Shown here: positions 12,481-22,083 of the stretch, piece by piece | Layout: each line of letters opens with the position of its first letter | Numbering within the stretch: position 1 is the first letter of the stretch | Assembly (NCBI GenBank): GCA_050011635.1 | Contig: JBEKIU010000001.1 | Location: 1,010-65,009, forward strand | Direction of reading: 5' to 3' | Source: Acidimicrobiales bacterium | GTDB taxonomy: Bacteria; Actinomycetota; Acidimicrobiia; Acidimicrobiales; RAAP-2 | Length of the DNA stretch: 64,000 bases | Position numbers and translations under genes: made by a program | The notes under the pieces: model-generated | Seen by the model: only the letters and a program-made list of their open reading frames with translations | Database searches by the model: none | What the model was told of the DNA's origin: nothing

Positions 12481-12938
12481 CAGCCTGCCGCCCCGGCGGT
12501 GAGGAGCCGGTGGACCGCTTCAACGGCGAGTCGGTACCCCAACCCCCCGAACCCGGCGATGCAACCGTCGGAGACGGGGGCGATCACCGAGGTGTGGCGG
12601 AACGGCTCCCTGGCCGCCGGGTTGGTCAGGTGGAGCTCGACCACGACGCCGTCGAACGCGGCCAGCGCATCGTGCAGGGACCAGGATGTGTGGGAGAGGG
12701 CTCCGGCGTTCACGATGATGGCGTCGGCGCGATCCCGGGCCCGCTGCACCGCCTCGACCAGATCTCCTTCGTGATTGGTCTGCAGATGCTCGAGGACCAG
12801 TCCCACGGCGGCGGCGGCGGCGGCGGCGGTGGCCACATGGTCCTCCAGGGTGTCCGATCCGTAGATGGCCGGTTCCCGCTCCCCCAGCAGATTGAGGTTG
12901 GGGCCGGACAGCAACAGGATCGAACCGGGCGTGCTCAC
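12480..12938 (-). CDS. aroQ: 3-dehydroquinate dehydratase, type II
   Basis: LLSGPNLNLLGEREPAIYG, QTNHEGDLVEAV and IVNAGALSHTS motifs. GTG 12938 overlaps the aroB stop (GTGA). Confidence 0.95.
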   Translation of the reverse strand: MSTPGSILLLSGPNLNLLGEREPAIYGSDTLEDHVATAAAAAAAVGLVLEHLQTNHEGDLVEAVQRARDRADAIIVNAGALSHTSWSLHDALAAFDGVVVELHLTNPAAREPFRHTSVIAPVSDGCIAGFGGLGYRLAVEAVHRLLTAGAAG

Positions 12939-14008
12939 CTCGTGCCACCGGGTTTCGAACCTTGCATCTCAGCCAGGGTAGCGAGCACATCCGCCTCATC
13001 GACTCCATGGGCGACCTCGACGCCCGCTGGGCCGTCCAGGACGAAGGTCAGATCGTGCCTCGCCTTCTTGTCCCGGGTCATGAAGGACACCAGGTGCCCG
13101 GGCTCGACTCCTTCGGGCACGGCAGCCGAGAGGTCGAACCCACCGACCACCCGGCGGTGCAGTTCGACCCGGGCATCGTCGATGCGTCCGAGCCGACGGG
13201 CCAGGAGTGCCGCGTAGACCAGCCCGACGGCCACCGCCTCGCCGTGCCGCAGATCGATGCCCGAACCCGGTTCGAACGCAGCCGCCTCCAGGGCGTGGGC
13301 CAGCGTGTGGCCGTAGTTGAGGACCATCCGCCGGTCGCCCTCCCGTTCGTCCGACGCCACGACATCGGCCTTGATCGCCACACACCGGGCCACCTGTTCG
13401 GCCAGAGGCAGCTCGAGGAGCGACGCGTCGGGCCCCCGTCCGGTCTGCGGGAGGCCCAAGAACGCGTACTTGGCCATCTCACCCCGCCCGGACGCCCACT
13501 CACGCGGCGGCAGCGTGGACAGCAGGTCGGTGTCGCAGATCACGCCGCTGGGCTGCCAGAACGCGCCGACCAGGTTCTTCCCTTCGGGTAGGTTCACCCC
13601 GGTCTTCCCACCGATGGCCGCGTCCACCTGGGCCAGCAGCGTCGTGGCCACATTGACGTAGGCCGTCCCCCGGTGGAAGGACGCCGCCGCGAATCCGGCC
13701 AGGTCGGTGACGACACCACCGCCGACGGCGATGACCACGTCGGACCGGCTCAGCCCGGCCCGGGCGAAGCCACGGCAGAGCTCCTCGGTCACGGCCAGCG
13801 ACTTCGCCCCTTCGCCGTCCGGGACGGTGAACACGTCGGAGGGCAGACCGGGATCGACGGAGACACCGATACCGGACTGGGTCACGATGGCGGCGCGCCG
13901 GGCGCCCGGAACGGCAGAGGCCAGCATCCCAGCCAGCCCGTCCCGGGCCCCGCCACCCACCACCACCTGGTAGCTGCGGTCTCCCAGCTCCACCGGAATC
14001 TCGATCAC
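12935..14008 (-). CDS. aroB: 3-dehydroquinate synthase
   Basis: GGGVVTDLAGFAAASFHRG, DAAIGGKTGVNL and GHTLAHALE motifs. GTG 14008 overlaps the aroK stop (GTGA) and gives 357 aa. The upstream ORF extension to 14248 is rejected. Confidence 0.95.
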   Translation of the reverse strand: MIEIPVELGDRSYQVVVGGGARDGLAGMLASAVPGARRAAIVTQSGIGVSVDPGLPSDVFTVPDGEGAKSLAVTEELCRGFARAGLSRSDVVIAVGGGVVTDLAGFAAASFHRGTAYVNVATTLLAQVDAAIGGKTGVNLPEGKNLVGAFWQPSGVICDTDLLSTLPPREWASGRGEMAKYAFLGLPQTGRGPDASLLELPLAEQVARCVAIKADVVASDEREGDRRMVLNYGHTLAHALEAAAFEPGSGIDLRHGEAVAVGLVYAALLARRLGRIDDARVELHRRVVGGFDLSAAVPEGVEPGHLVSFMTRDKKARHDLTFVLDGPAGVEVAHGVDEADVLATLAEMQGSKPGGTR

Positions 14009-14547
14009 CGGCCGCGGCCCGCCCCGATGCCCCTGTCCGCCAGGACCGGTTCGGCCAGCAGGCGATCGACCACCTGGTCGGGTGGGAGCCCGTCCACGTC
14101 GATGGTCACCTCGGCCAACGCCTCGTACAACGGCTTCCTGACCTCGTAGAGATCGGCCAACCTCGCCGCCGGTTGGTCGCCCAGCAGCGGCCGGCCCTCG
14201 CCCTTGCCCACCCGCCGGGTCAGCACACGCGGGTCGGCCCGTAGCCACACCACGACACCCGATCGCTGCAGGAGGTCACGGTTGGCCGCCGACAGCACCA
14301 CCCCGGCGGCGGCCGACACCACCACCGGCTCGGGGGACGACAGCGCCTCGGCCAGCACGCGGGACTCCTCGGCCCGGAAGGCCTCCTCGCCCCGCTCGGC
14401 GAAGAGCTCGGGCACGCTCGACCCGGTGCTGGCCATCACCTGGGCATCGGAATCGAGGTGGCCCCACCGGAGGCGCTCGGCCAGCAGCCGGCCGACGGTG
14501 GTCTTTCCCGCCCCCATCATGCCGACCAGGATGACGCGGTCAACCAT
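14005..14547 (-). CDS. aroK: shikimate kinase
   Basis: P-loop [22 protein letters not shown] 14547 lies 4 nt after the aroC stop and gives 180 aa. Confidence 0.95.
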   Translation of the reverse strand: MVDRVILVGMMGAGKTTVGRLLAERLRWGHLDSDAQVMASTGSSVPELFAERGEEAFRAEESRVLAEALSSPEPVVVSAAAGVVLSAANRDLLQRSGVVVWLRADPRVLTRRVGKGEGRPLLGDQPAARLADLYEVRKPLYEALAEVTIDVDGLPPDQVVDRLLAEPVLADRGIGAGRGR

Positions 14548-15766
14548 CGGCCGGCGGTGGCGGCGCCGAGGGCGTCTGGCCCAGCGCGTCCAGATAGCCG
14601 CGTCGGTTGCGGCGGAACTCCGCCACCGAGTCGCCGCCGAACTTGCGTAGGGCCTCCGAGGCCAGGACCAGGGCGACCATCGTCTCGGCCACCACACCCA
14701 TGGCCGGGACCGCGGTGACGTCGGTGCGCTCCTTGAAGGACACGGTGGCCTCTTTGGTGACCACGTCGACCGTGCCCAGGGTGGGGCGGTTGAGCGTGGC
14801 CAACGGCTTCATGGTGGCCCGGGCCACGATGGGGGAGCCGGTGGAGATACCGCCCTCGACCCCACCGGCGTGATGGGTGTCGCGGACGTAGCCTCCCCCC
14901 AGCCCGGCACGGTCGTCATCCGTTGCCTCGGCCCCGCTGGAGGCCATCCGTATGGCGTCATGGGCCTCGGATCCCCGGCGGCCGGCCAGCTCGGTACCAT
15001 CGCCGAACTCCACGGCCTTGATGGCCTGGATGCTCATCAGGGCCTGGGCCAGGAGGGCGTCGAGACGTCGGTCCCAGTGCACATGGCTTCCGAGGCCCAC
15101 GGGGACCCCGTAGGCGATGACCTCGGCCACCCCACCGAGAGAATCACCGTCCTTGGCGGCCGCCTTGACCGCGGCGATCATTCGGCCCTCGGCGTCAGGA
15201 TCACAACACCGCACCTGCGACTCGTCGACCCGGATGAGCTCCCCCACCGTGGGAAGCGTGGTGGTCTCGGCCCGCTCGGGCCCGAGCTGCACGATGTGGC
15301 TGAGCACGTCGATGCCGATCTGCCACAGCAGCAGTTTGGCCAGCGTGCCTGCAGCCACCCGGGCGGCCGTCTCCCGTGCGGAGGCCCGCTCGAGGACATC
15401 TCGTGCGTCGTCGAGACCGTACTTGAGCATGCCCGAGAGGTCGGCGTGACCGGGCCGGGGTTGGGTCAGTACCTTGGCCGGCAGACCCGGGCTGGGTGAC
15501 ATCTCGGCTTCCCACTTTGGCCATTCGGTGTTGGCGATCTCGATGGCCACCGGCGAGCCGAGCGTCCTGCCGTGCCGGATCCCCCCCACCAGGGTCACCT
15601 CGTCCGCCTCGAAGCGCATCCGGGGGCCGCGTCCGAAGCCCAGCCGCCTGCGAGCCAGCCCGCGCTGGATGTCCTCTGCGGTCACCAGCAAGCCGGCGGG
15701 CAGCCCCTCGACGATCACCACAAGGGCGCGTCCGTGCGACTCACCGGCGGTCAGGAAGCGGAGCAT
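14540..15766 (-). CDS. aroC: chorismate synthase
   Basis: [25 protein letters not shown]...GGISTG is canonical AroC. ATG 15766 gives 408 aa. The ORF extension to 16132 overlaps the next gene and is rejected. Confidence 0.97.
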   Translation of the reverse strand: MLRFLTAGESHGRALVVIVEGLPAGLLVTAEDIQRGLARRRLGFGRGPRMRFEADEVTLVGGIRHGRTLGSPVAIEIANTEWPKWEAEMSPSPGLPAKVLTQPRPGHADLSGMLKYGLDDARDVLERASARETAARVAAGTLAKLLLWQIGIDVLSHIVQLGPERAETTTLPTVGELIRVDESQVRCCDPDAEGRMIAAVKAAAKDGDSLGGVAEVIAYGVPVGLGSHVHWDRRLDALLAQALMSIQAIKAVEFGDGTELAGRRGSEAHDAIRMASSGAEATDDDRAGLGGGYVRDTHHAGGVEGGISTGSPIVARATMKPLATLNRPTLGTVDVVTKEATVSFKERTDVTAVPAMGVVAETMVALVLASEALRKFGGDSVAEFRRNRRGYLDALGQTPSAPPPPADG

Positions 15767-15795
15767 GCCGGGAAATCTACTCGGGGCGGCAGTGG

Positions 15796-16563
15796 TCAGG
15801 ATCCGGCATGGAACAGGCTCTGGGCGATGGGACCACCCCAGAAGACAGCGATCACCGCCCCGGTGGCCAGGGACGGGGCGAAGGGGATCCGCGTCTTGCG
15901 TCCCGACGCCGAGATCACCATCATCAGCACGCCGAACAGCATCCCCACGATGAAGCCGGACAGAAAGGCCACGTAGGCGTGAAGGAGGCTGAGGTAGCCG
16001 ACGGTGATGCCGATCACTGCGGCCAACCGGACATCGCCGAACCCCATGCCCCGCGGGACGAACCACCAGACGCCGAAGAAGAGGCCGAAGGCAACACCGC
16101 CGGCCACGGCCGATCCGGTCAGGTCGCGCCACTGGTGGTCGATGGCCGACGCGCCCACCAGGAGGGGGACGATGAGCGCCAGCGCGGCGTAGAGCAGCCG
16201 ACGCGGCACGAGCCGGTGGGAGAGGTCGGTGACCGAGATGACCACCAGCATGGCGAAGAAGACACAGAAGGGGGCCAGGAGAAGCTGCCTCCCGAAGTGG
16301 GCCGCTGCCCCTCCGAACAGGGCGGCGGTCAGGAGCGCGGCCGCAGCCGTGCGGGCCGGGGCCGAGCCCGAGGGCAGGAGATTCGGGACCGTGCCCTCGA
16401 CCGGGGCCGGGCGGTCGGAGTCGTCAGTTCCGGACGCCAGGCGACGCTCGTCCGCCAGCCGGCTGAGGTCGGCGGATCGCTGCCCGAGCGGATCGAGGGC
16501 CCCACCGACCAGGAGACCGGCGATCGTCGCACCGGAGACCAGCAGTGTGTCCACGACAGGCAA
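15796..16563 (-). CDS. prepilin (type IV leader) peptidase, A24 family
   Basis: Polytopic membrane protein with the A24 aspartyl motif region ([16 protein letters not shown]...FAPSLATGA). Conserved position upstream of aroC in actinobacteria. The start is TTG 16563 or GTG 16554. Confidence 0.85.
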   Translation of the reverse strand: MPVVDTLLVSGATIAGLLVGGALDPLGQRSADLSRLADERRLASGTDDSDRPAPVEGTVPNLLPSGSAPARTAAAALLTAALFGGAAAHFGRQLLLAPFCVFFAMLVVISVTDLSHRLVPRRLLYAALALIVPLLVGASAIDHQWRDLTGSAVAGGVAFGLFFGVWWFVPRGMGFGDVRLAAVIGITVGYLSLLHAYVAFLSGFIVGMLFGVLMMVISASGRKTRIPFAPSLATGAVIAVFWGGPIAQSLFHAGS

Positions 16564-16710
16564 CGTACCGGACGCCCACCGAGGGAATGGGTATCGGGGT
16601 GCGGCTCACCGTCTTGTCGAGGCCTTGTCGAGCTCGAGGGCACCGCCTGGCGGTGACCCCCGCCACCGTCGATCGGCGCGCCGTTTCGGTGCGCTCAGCC
16701 GACGCCCGGG

Positions 16711-17379
16711 TCAGCCGTGGGCCGGCTCGTAGTACGGGTTGGTGCCGTCGGCGTGGTCGGTGACATCGATGATGTTGGCGATCTCCGGGATGGCTTCGCG
16801 GAGGATGACCTCGATGCCTTGGGAGAGGGTGGCCTTGGCCATGCCGCACCCCTGACAACCACCGCTCAGCCGCAGATAGACCGAGGCGTCCTCGACGGCG
16901 ACCAGGTCGGCGCGGCCGCCGTGGGCGGCGATGCTCGGGTTTACCTGCTCGTCGAGGACGGACACCACCCGCTGCGCGAGCGGGTCGGAGAGGTCGATGC
17001 TGGCCCCGCTGGCCAGGCCGCTCAGGGTCGGGGCGGGGGGCGTGTTGGGATTCACGATGACCAGACCCCCCTCGCCGGAGGCGTCGGTCACGAAGTCCAG
17101 GGTCGCGCCCTGGAGCCGCTCGACGCTGGCCTGGGGTATGACCACCGGCAGCTCACCGCCCTCTTGCACCACGTCCCCCGGACCGGCATCGGCAAAGGCC
17201 TGGAAGTACATGTCGTAGGCGTAGGCGCCGTTGTTCTCGCCACTGATCTCCAGCCACAGGGCCAGCGAGCCCGACTCGGACTCGTTGGCCAGCACCTCGA
17301 GAACGGTGGCCTGCGCGTCACCGGTGATCGTCAGTACCGGGCGGACGTCCTCACGGTCTTCACTCATGCCTGTCATCAT
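16711..17379 (-). CDS. Nfu/NifU-type Fe-S cluster assembly protein (IscA-like N-domain plus Nfu C-domain)
   Basis: C-terminal Nfu motif RLSGGCQGCGMAKATL. Three close ATG starts at 17379, 17376 and 17367. The upstream part of the 316-aa ORF is rejected. Confidence 0.8.
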   Translation of the reverse strand: MMTGMSEDREDVRPVLTITGDAQATVLEVLANESESGSLALWLEISGENNGAYAYDMYFQAFADAGPGDVVQEGGELPVVIPQASVERLQGATLDFVTDASGEGGLVIVNPNTPPAPTLSGLASGASIDLSDPLAQRVVSVLDEQVNPSIAAHGGRADLVAVEDASVYLRLSGGCQGCGMAKATLSQGIEVILREAIPEIANIIDVTDHADGTNPYYEPAHG

Positions 17380-17385
17380 AAGGGC

Positions 17386-18135
17386 GTGGCAGCGAGCAAC
17401 AAGCACCAACCGGCCAACGCCCACGAGTGGGTCAGCTTCGACGACCCGGACGAGGAGCGGACCTGGCTGTTCGATGTCACGTTCCTGGCCAGCTCCTGGA
17501 CCTGCATCTTCGGGCAGGGCTGCCAGGGCGTGCTCACCGGGCCGGCCCCTGAGCTGGTACAGGGCTGCTGCTCCTACGGGGCCCACTTCACCGGAAAGAA
17601 GGACGCTCGCAACGTCGAGCGGGCGGCGGCCGAGCTCACGCCCGATATCTGGCAGTTTCACAAGCAGGGGCGCAAGGGTGTGGTGAAGAAGCTACCCGAC
17701 GGCGAGCTCGGGACCCGCCTGGTCGACGGCGCCTGCATCTTCCTCAACCGGCCTGGATTTCCCGCCGGCCCCGGATGCGCACTTCACCTGGCGGCGCTGG
17801 CCCAGGGACGCAGTCACGTCGAGTTCAAGCCCGATGTGTGCTGGCAGTTGCCTCTGCGCCGCGAGGACGAGACGGCTGCGGACGGGCGGGTGACGTCGGT
17901 GGTGCGGCAGTGGGATCGGCGCCACTGGGGAGAGGGCGGGGACGAGTTCCACTGGTGGTGCACCGAGGACCCCGCCGCGTTCGTCGGCCACGAACCGGTC
18001 TACGTGAGTATGCGCAGCGAACTGGAGGCGATGGCGGGAAAGAAGATCTACAAGAAGCTGGCGGCATACCTCGACGAGAGGCGTGCTCCCCGGGTGCGGG
18101 TAACCCTCCTGACCCATCCCACCCTGCGCCGCTGA
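17386..18135 (+). CDS. conserved Cys-rich hypothetical protein
   Basis: GTG 17386 is the first plausible start in the frame of ORF 16717..18135. The earlier part of that ORF is the antisense shadow of the Nfu gene. Cys motifs WTCIFGQGCQG...GCCSYGAHF and CIFLNRPGFPAGPGCALH. Family not recognised. Confidence 0.6.
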   Translation: MAASNKHQPANAHEWVSFDDPDEERTWLFDVTFLASSWTCIFGQGCQGVLTGPAPELVQGCCSYGAHFTGKKDARNVERAAAELTPDIWQFHKQGRKGVVKKLPDGELGTRLVDGACIFLNRPGFPAGPGCALHLAALAQGRSHVEFKPDVCWQLPLRREDETAADGRVTSVVRQWDRRHWGEGGDEFHWWCTEDPAAFVGHEPVYVSMRSELEAMAGKKIYKKLAAYLDERRAPRVRVTLLTHPTLRR

Positions 18136-18182
18136 TCGCCTCGGCCGCCTCGACGATCGGCCGGGCCGATACTCGGCCGCCT

Positions 18183-18392
18183 CTACTCGGCCAGGGGATC
18201 GTCCTCGGCCAAGGTGTCCTCTTTTTGGCTGGTGCCGAGGATCTCGTCGTAGTCGTCCTCGGTGGCCAGGCACCAAGAGGCGTGCTTGTCGTCGGGCTCG
18301 GCACCGCATTCGGGGCAGCGCCGACTGGCCGTTGCGACGGATCGCTTCAAACTGCGCGCTTCTTCGAAGCGGCGATGGCGTCCCTTCTTCAC
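18183..18392 (-). CDS. small (69 aa) protein with basic N-terminus, CPECG motif and acidic C-terminus
   Basis: AAGGAG lies 8 nt upstream of GTG 18392. Third-position GC is about 80 percent by hand count. Sequence MKKGRHRRFEEARSLKRS...CPECGAEPDDKHASWC...DDPLAE. Confidence 0.55.
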   Translation of the reverse strand: MKKGRHRRFEEARSLKRSVATASRRCPECGAEPDDKHASWCLATEDDYDEILGTSQKEDTLAEDDPLAE

Positions 18393-18534
18393 GGAAACAA
18401 CTCCTTGCCCCACCAGGGGTGGCACGCACTCAGGCCACCCTCGGGCCGGAGTGACCACCTATCACCAATGCGAGCCAGTGTAGTGCGGGGCGCCCTCATT
18501 CGTAGCACAGCGGCCGCGCCGGTACCATCGGGCC

Positions 18535-18768
18535 ATGGCTGATCAATTCGACCCCCGGGCCATGGTGGAAAGGTTCCGGGCCAGGGCCGACGCGGTGAGA
18601 TCCCGGGGCCTGCCGCCCGTCGAGGGGCCTGACCGCGAACGGTTCAAGCAGCAGGCCCAAGCCGACTTCATGGACTTCGCCATGATCGGGGACGCCGAAC
18701 CCTCGATCGAGGACGGGGTGCTGACCCTCCGGATCGACCTGCGCCCGCCGGCGGCGCCGGAAGGCTGA
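18535..18768 (+). CDS. small hypothetical protein (77 aa)
   Basis: ATG-initiated ORF with third-position GC about 87 percent by hand count. No family recognised. Confidence 0.55.
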   Translation: MADQFDPRAMVERFRARADAVRSRGLPPVEGPDRERFKQQAQADFMDFAMIGDAEPSIEDGVLTLRIDLRPPAAPEG

Positions 18769-18863
18769 GACCCGGAGGCCTGGGGTCCGGCCGGCGTCGT
18801 GTGCCGAGGTCCTCCGGCGGCCGGTGTGCCGAGGTTCGTCCTCCGACGGCCGTCCGCCGACGT

Positions 18864-19493
18864 TCATCCGCCGTAGTTCATCCTGGTGTCCTCCATGCGG
18901 AGCACGCCGGGCTCCCCGCCCTCCGCCTGGTCCGCCTCATCTCCTTCCACCTCGGTCTCTCCGGCGTCGACGACCTCACCGACGAACAGGACGTGACTGG
19001 CCACCCCCGCCGTCCCCTCACCGTCCCACCGGAGGAGGTGACGCACCTCGCACGCCAACCACGACCGGGCTACGGCCAGGCAGGGGAGGCCACCGGCCAC
19101 TTCCCACGCCGGCTCGCCCTGTAGGGAGACGACGGACCCGGCGCCGTCCAATTCCACCGTGTCGGTCGGCTTCACGAACCGACGGACGACGGCCCGAGCC
19201 GACCGAGGCAGCACGCTGACCGAAAAGCTGCCTCCCTCCTCGATGAGCCGACGGGTCACCGAACCCTGTTCCACCGCCACGGCCACCAGCTTGGGCGCGG
19301 TGGCCACCTGCATGACCCAGTTGCAGGTCATCATGTTGCGCTGCGCTCCGGCCCGGCTCCCCACCACGAAGAGCCCGGTGGGCAACGACCACAGCACCCG
19401 CCGGCGGAGGCGGTCGTATTCCTCCCGATCGCGGCCCTGCGGGTACGGGCCGATGCCACTGTCCGCTATTGGCATGGCCGCCCGCCCAGACAT
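18864..19493 (-). CDS. flavin reductase-like FMN-binding domain protein
   Basis: LPTGLFVVGSRAGAQRNMMTCNWVMQVATAPKLVAVAVEQGSVTRRLIEEGGSFSVSVL is typical of the Flavin_Reduct family. Alternative ATG at 19475. Confidence 0.8.
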   Translation of the reverse strand: MSGRAAMPIADSGIGPYPQGRDREEYDRLRRRVLWSLPTGLFVVGSRAGAQRNMMTCNWVMQVATAPKLVAVAVEQGSVTRRLIEEGGSFSVSVLPRSARAVVRRFVKPTDTVELDGAGSVVSLQGEPAWEVAGGLPCLAVARSWLACEVRHLLRWDGEGTAGVASHVLFVGEVVDAGETEVEGDEADQAEGGEPGVLRMEDTRMNYGG

Positions 19494-19528
19494 GCACCGA
19501 TGACGCCACCCATCAGTGCCCCCACCGG

Positions 19529-20044
19529 TCAGCTACCGCTGAACGGGTCATCGCCGCTGTCGGCGGGCGCCGTGGTCGAAGTGGACGGGGTGTGCCCGGT
19601 GATCGACGCGATGCGTTCGAGCGCGATGCCCAGCATGGGGACGACCTTGGCCCGCTCGACGGCGGACCGATGGAGCAGCGAGGCATTCCCGTTGGCCCCG
19701 TTGTAGCAGTCGTTACCGGCCGAGGCCGCATCCTCGTAGGCGGCGTTCAGGTCGTTGGTCAGTTGGGTATCCGGCGTCGGCAGGTTGCCGATGGCTGTCT
19801 GGGCGTCGGTGGTGAGCAGGGCGCAGACCGTTCGCAGCGCCTTCGCCGTGTCGTGACGGACGATGGCCAGTTGGATGTTGCGGGTGTCCGCCTCCACCTG
19901 ACCGACGGCTGAGCCGCCACCCGAGGTGGTCAGCCATCCCGACACCTGTGTAGCCGGGGGGCCCGTCTCGTCGAGCGTGCACCCGGACACGACGGAAGCG
20001 CAGAGGACGGCGAGCGCCGCACCCACCAGCGCCAGGCTCTTCAC
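19529..20044 (-). CDS. putative lipoprotein
   Basis: GTG 20044 gives VKSLALVGAALAVLCASVVSGC, with a lipobox (VSGC). The upstream ORF extension collides with the next gene. Confidence 0.6.
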   Translation of the reverse strand: MKSLALVGAALAVLCASVVSGCTLDETGPPATQVSGWLTTSGGGSAVGQVEADTRNIQLAIVRHDTAKALRTVCALLTTDAQTAIGNLPTPDTQLTNDLNAAYEDAASAGNDCYNGANGNASLLHRSAVERAKVVPMLGIALERIASITGHTPSTSTTAPADSGDDPFSGS

Positions 20045-20121
20045 CCGGACGGGACGCTGGGGGCGGTGGGTGGTCCGGACGGCGGGGACCTCGATCCGCG
20101 TTGCGGCGGGCGGTCTTGCCA

Positions 20122-20637
20122 CTAGGCGGGGAAGCCTGTCCATTCGGCCCGCCAGGACGGATCGAGCTGGCGCAGGAACTGGGCGCACCGCTCCTCTTCG
20201 GTGTGCTCCCCGATGGCACCGGACGCGGAACGGAGGCCGTCGAGGCAGCGGAGGAATCCGCGGTTCGAGTCGTGTTCCCACCGGACCAGTCCCGATCCCT
20301 TCCAGCCTGCCGCCCGCAACGCGTCGAGACCACGGTGGTACCCCACCCGGAAGCAGGCGTAGGCCTCGACGTCGTCCCGGGCCAGTGATCCGAGAGCGGC
20401 CCAGGCGGCCAGCGACCGGGGGTCGGCCCGGACGATGTCGGAGACGGCGTGACGGCGCCGCTCGCCCGGTTGAGCCATGGCCGCCTCAAGACCCGACCGC
20501 ACCGCCTCGGGCTCTTCGGGCAGCACCGTCTCGGGCAGGCCGGCGGTGAGCCTGACCGGTGACATGTCGGTTGGTTCCGTCCCTGGGCTGCTCATCGCGC
20601 TCAGTGTAGGACCGGGAGGATCGGTCTCCCGCCGCAT
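20122..20637 (-). CDS. DUF3151 domain protein
   Basis: AWAALGSLARDDVEAYACFRVGYHRGLDALRAAGWKGSGLVRWEHDSNRGFLRCL matches my recollection of DUF3151. Alternative internal starts at ATG 20595 and 20565. Confidence 0.75.
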   Translation of the reverse strand: MRRETDPPGPTLSAMSSPGTEPTDMSPVRLTAGLPETVLPEEPEAVRSGLEAAMAQPGERRRHAVSDIVRADPRSLAAWAALGSLARDDVEAYACFRVGYHRGLDALRAAGWKGSGLVRWEHDSNRGFLRCLDGLRSASGAIGEHTEEERCAQFLRQLDPSWRAEWTGFPA

Positions 20638-20639
20638 CG

Positions 20640-21926
20640 TCAGTCGAATTTCACCAGGTGGTAGTCGCGTTTGCCCCGCCGGAGCACCAGGTAGCGACCC
20701 GCCACCAGATCATCAGGGCTGATCATCCGCCCCGGCTGGCTCTCGCGACGATTGTTGACGTAGGCCCCTCCCTGCTCGATCGTGGTCGTCGCCCGGCCCT
20801 TCGACGGCACCAGACCGGTCTCCACCAGCAGGTCGACCAGGCGCAGACCCTGTCCGTCGAGACGGCCCCGGGCCAGCATGGTCGAGGGGGCGTCGGCGAA
20901 CACGTCGAGTAACGTCCGCTCGTCCAGCTCGGCCACCTCCTCTCCGAACAGGGCGGCCGCCGCCTGCTCCGCCCGGGCCGTCTCGGCGGGCCCGTGGACC
21001 AGTGTGCACACCTGACGGGCCAGCTCACGCTGGGCCTGGCGCTGTTGGGGCCTCGAGGCGGTGGCTTCGTCGAGGGCCAGGATGGCGTCGTGGTCGAGGA
21101 ACGTGAAGTACCGGAGGTAGGAGCCGACCACCGCGTCCTCGCTGTGGAGGAAGAATTGATAGAGCTGATAGGGGCTGGTCCGCGCGGGGTCGAGCCACAC
21201 CGTCCCGGACTCGGTCTTGCCGAATTTCGTTCCGTCCGCCTTGAGCACCAACGGGGTGGTCAGTCCCCATACCTCCTGCTGGCGGACCTTGCGCACCAGC
21301 TCGGTTCCCATGGTGATGTTCCCCCACTGATCGCTGCCCCCCAGCTGGAGCCGGCAGCCGAACACGTCGAACAGGTGGAGGAAGTCGTAGGCCTGCAGCA
21401 GCATGTAGCTGAACTCGGTGAACGAGATGCCCTGGTCGGCGCGGGCCAGGCGCGACTTCACCGAGTCCTTGGCCACCATCTGGTTGACGGTGAAATGCTT
21501 GCCCACGTCCCGCAGGAACTCGAAGAGCGACATGGGCCGGAGCCACTCGGCGTTGTTGAGCAGCAGGGCCTTCCCCGATCCGTCGTCCTGGTCGAAATCG
21601 AGGAAGTGCTCCAACTGGCGACGCATGCCCTCGAGGTTGGACTGCAGCGCGTCCTCGCTGAGAAGCGACCGCTCCTCGGACTTGCCTCCCGGATCACCGA
21701 CGAACCCGGTACCTCCACCGGCCACGGCGATGGGCCGATGCCCGGCCAGCTGGAGGCGGCGGAGATTGCAGACCTGCAGCAGATGCCCGACGTGCATGCT
21801 GTCGGCGGTCGGGTCGAATCCGCTGTACGCGGTCAGCCGATCGGAGTCCAGGCGCCTGTCGAGCTCGTTGTCGGTCACTTGGTGGATGAGTCCCCTGAAC
21901 CGGAGGTCGTCGGCGAGATGGGCCAT
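20640..21926 (-). CDS. tyrS: tyrosine--tRNA ligase
   Basis: HIGH-type motif (DSMHVGHL), KMSKS-type motif (KFGKTESG) and a C-terminal S4 domain. ATG 21926 gives 428 aa. Confidence 0.97.
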   Translation of the reverse strand: MAHLADDLRFRGLIHQVTDNELDRRLDSDRLTAYSGFDPTADSMHVGHLLQVCNLRRLQLAGHRPIAVAGGGTGFVGDPGGKSEERSLLSEDALQSNLEGMRRQLEHFLDFDQDDGSGKALLLNNAEWLRPMSLFEFLRDVGKHFTVNQMVAKDSVKSRLARADQGISFTEFSYMLLQAYDFLHLFDVFGCRLQLGGSDQWGNITMGTELVRKVRQQEVWGLTTPLVLKADGTKFGKTESGTVWLDPARTSPYQLYQFFLHSEDAVVGSYLRYFTFLDHDAILALDEATASRPQQRQAQRELARQVCTLVHGPAETARAEQAAAALFGEEVAELDERTLLDVFADAPSTMLARGRLDGQGLRLVDLLVETGLVPSKGRATTTIEQGGAYVNNRRESQPGRMISPDDLVAGRYLVLRRGKRDYHLVKFD

Positions 21927-22083
21927 GGCGTCAGCCTGCCACGTCGCCGAACCGCGGTCGTCACCTGGCCGGATGCACCTCCGTCGGGTACGGCAGCAGG
22001 AGGCGGGTACCGCTGGCCCGCCGACCGCTACGCTCAGGTCCCGTCCCGCACCACAACGCCAACTCGCCGCCGAGGACCGTCCG

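Noticed and set aside
12808-12828. Short in-frame microsatellites inside conserved genes: (GGC)6 giving a poly-Ala run in aroQ, and (GACACC)3 giving DTDTDT in dnaE at 39808-39825.
   Set aside because: They are in frame, short, and sit in surface or linker regions. These are ordinary low-complexity insertions in high-GC genomes, noted only for completeness.
21927-22083. A possible T-box or other leader upstream of tyrS (GGCGGG..CCCGCC hairpin, GGUACC-containing segment).
   Set aside because: It shares only a 6-nt stretch (GGUACC) with the T-box consensus. There is no specifier-loop architecture and no terminator or sequestrator adjacent to the start codon.
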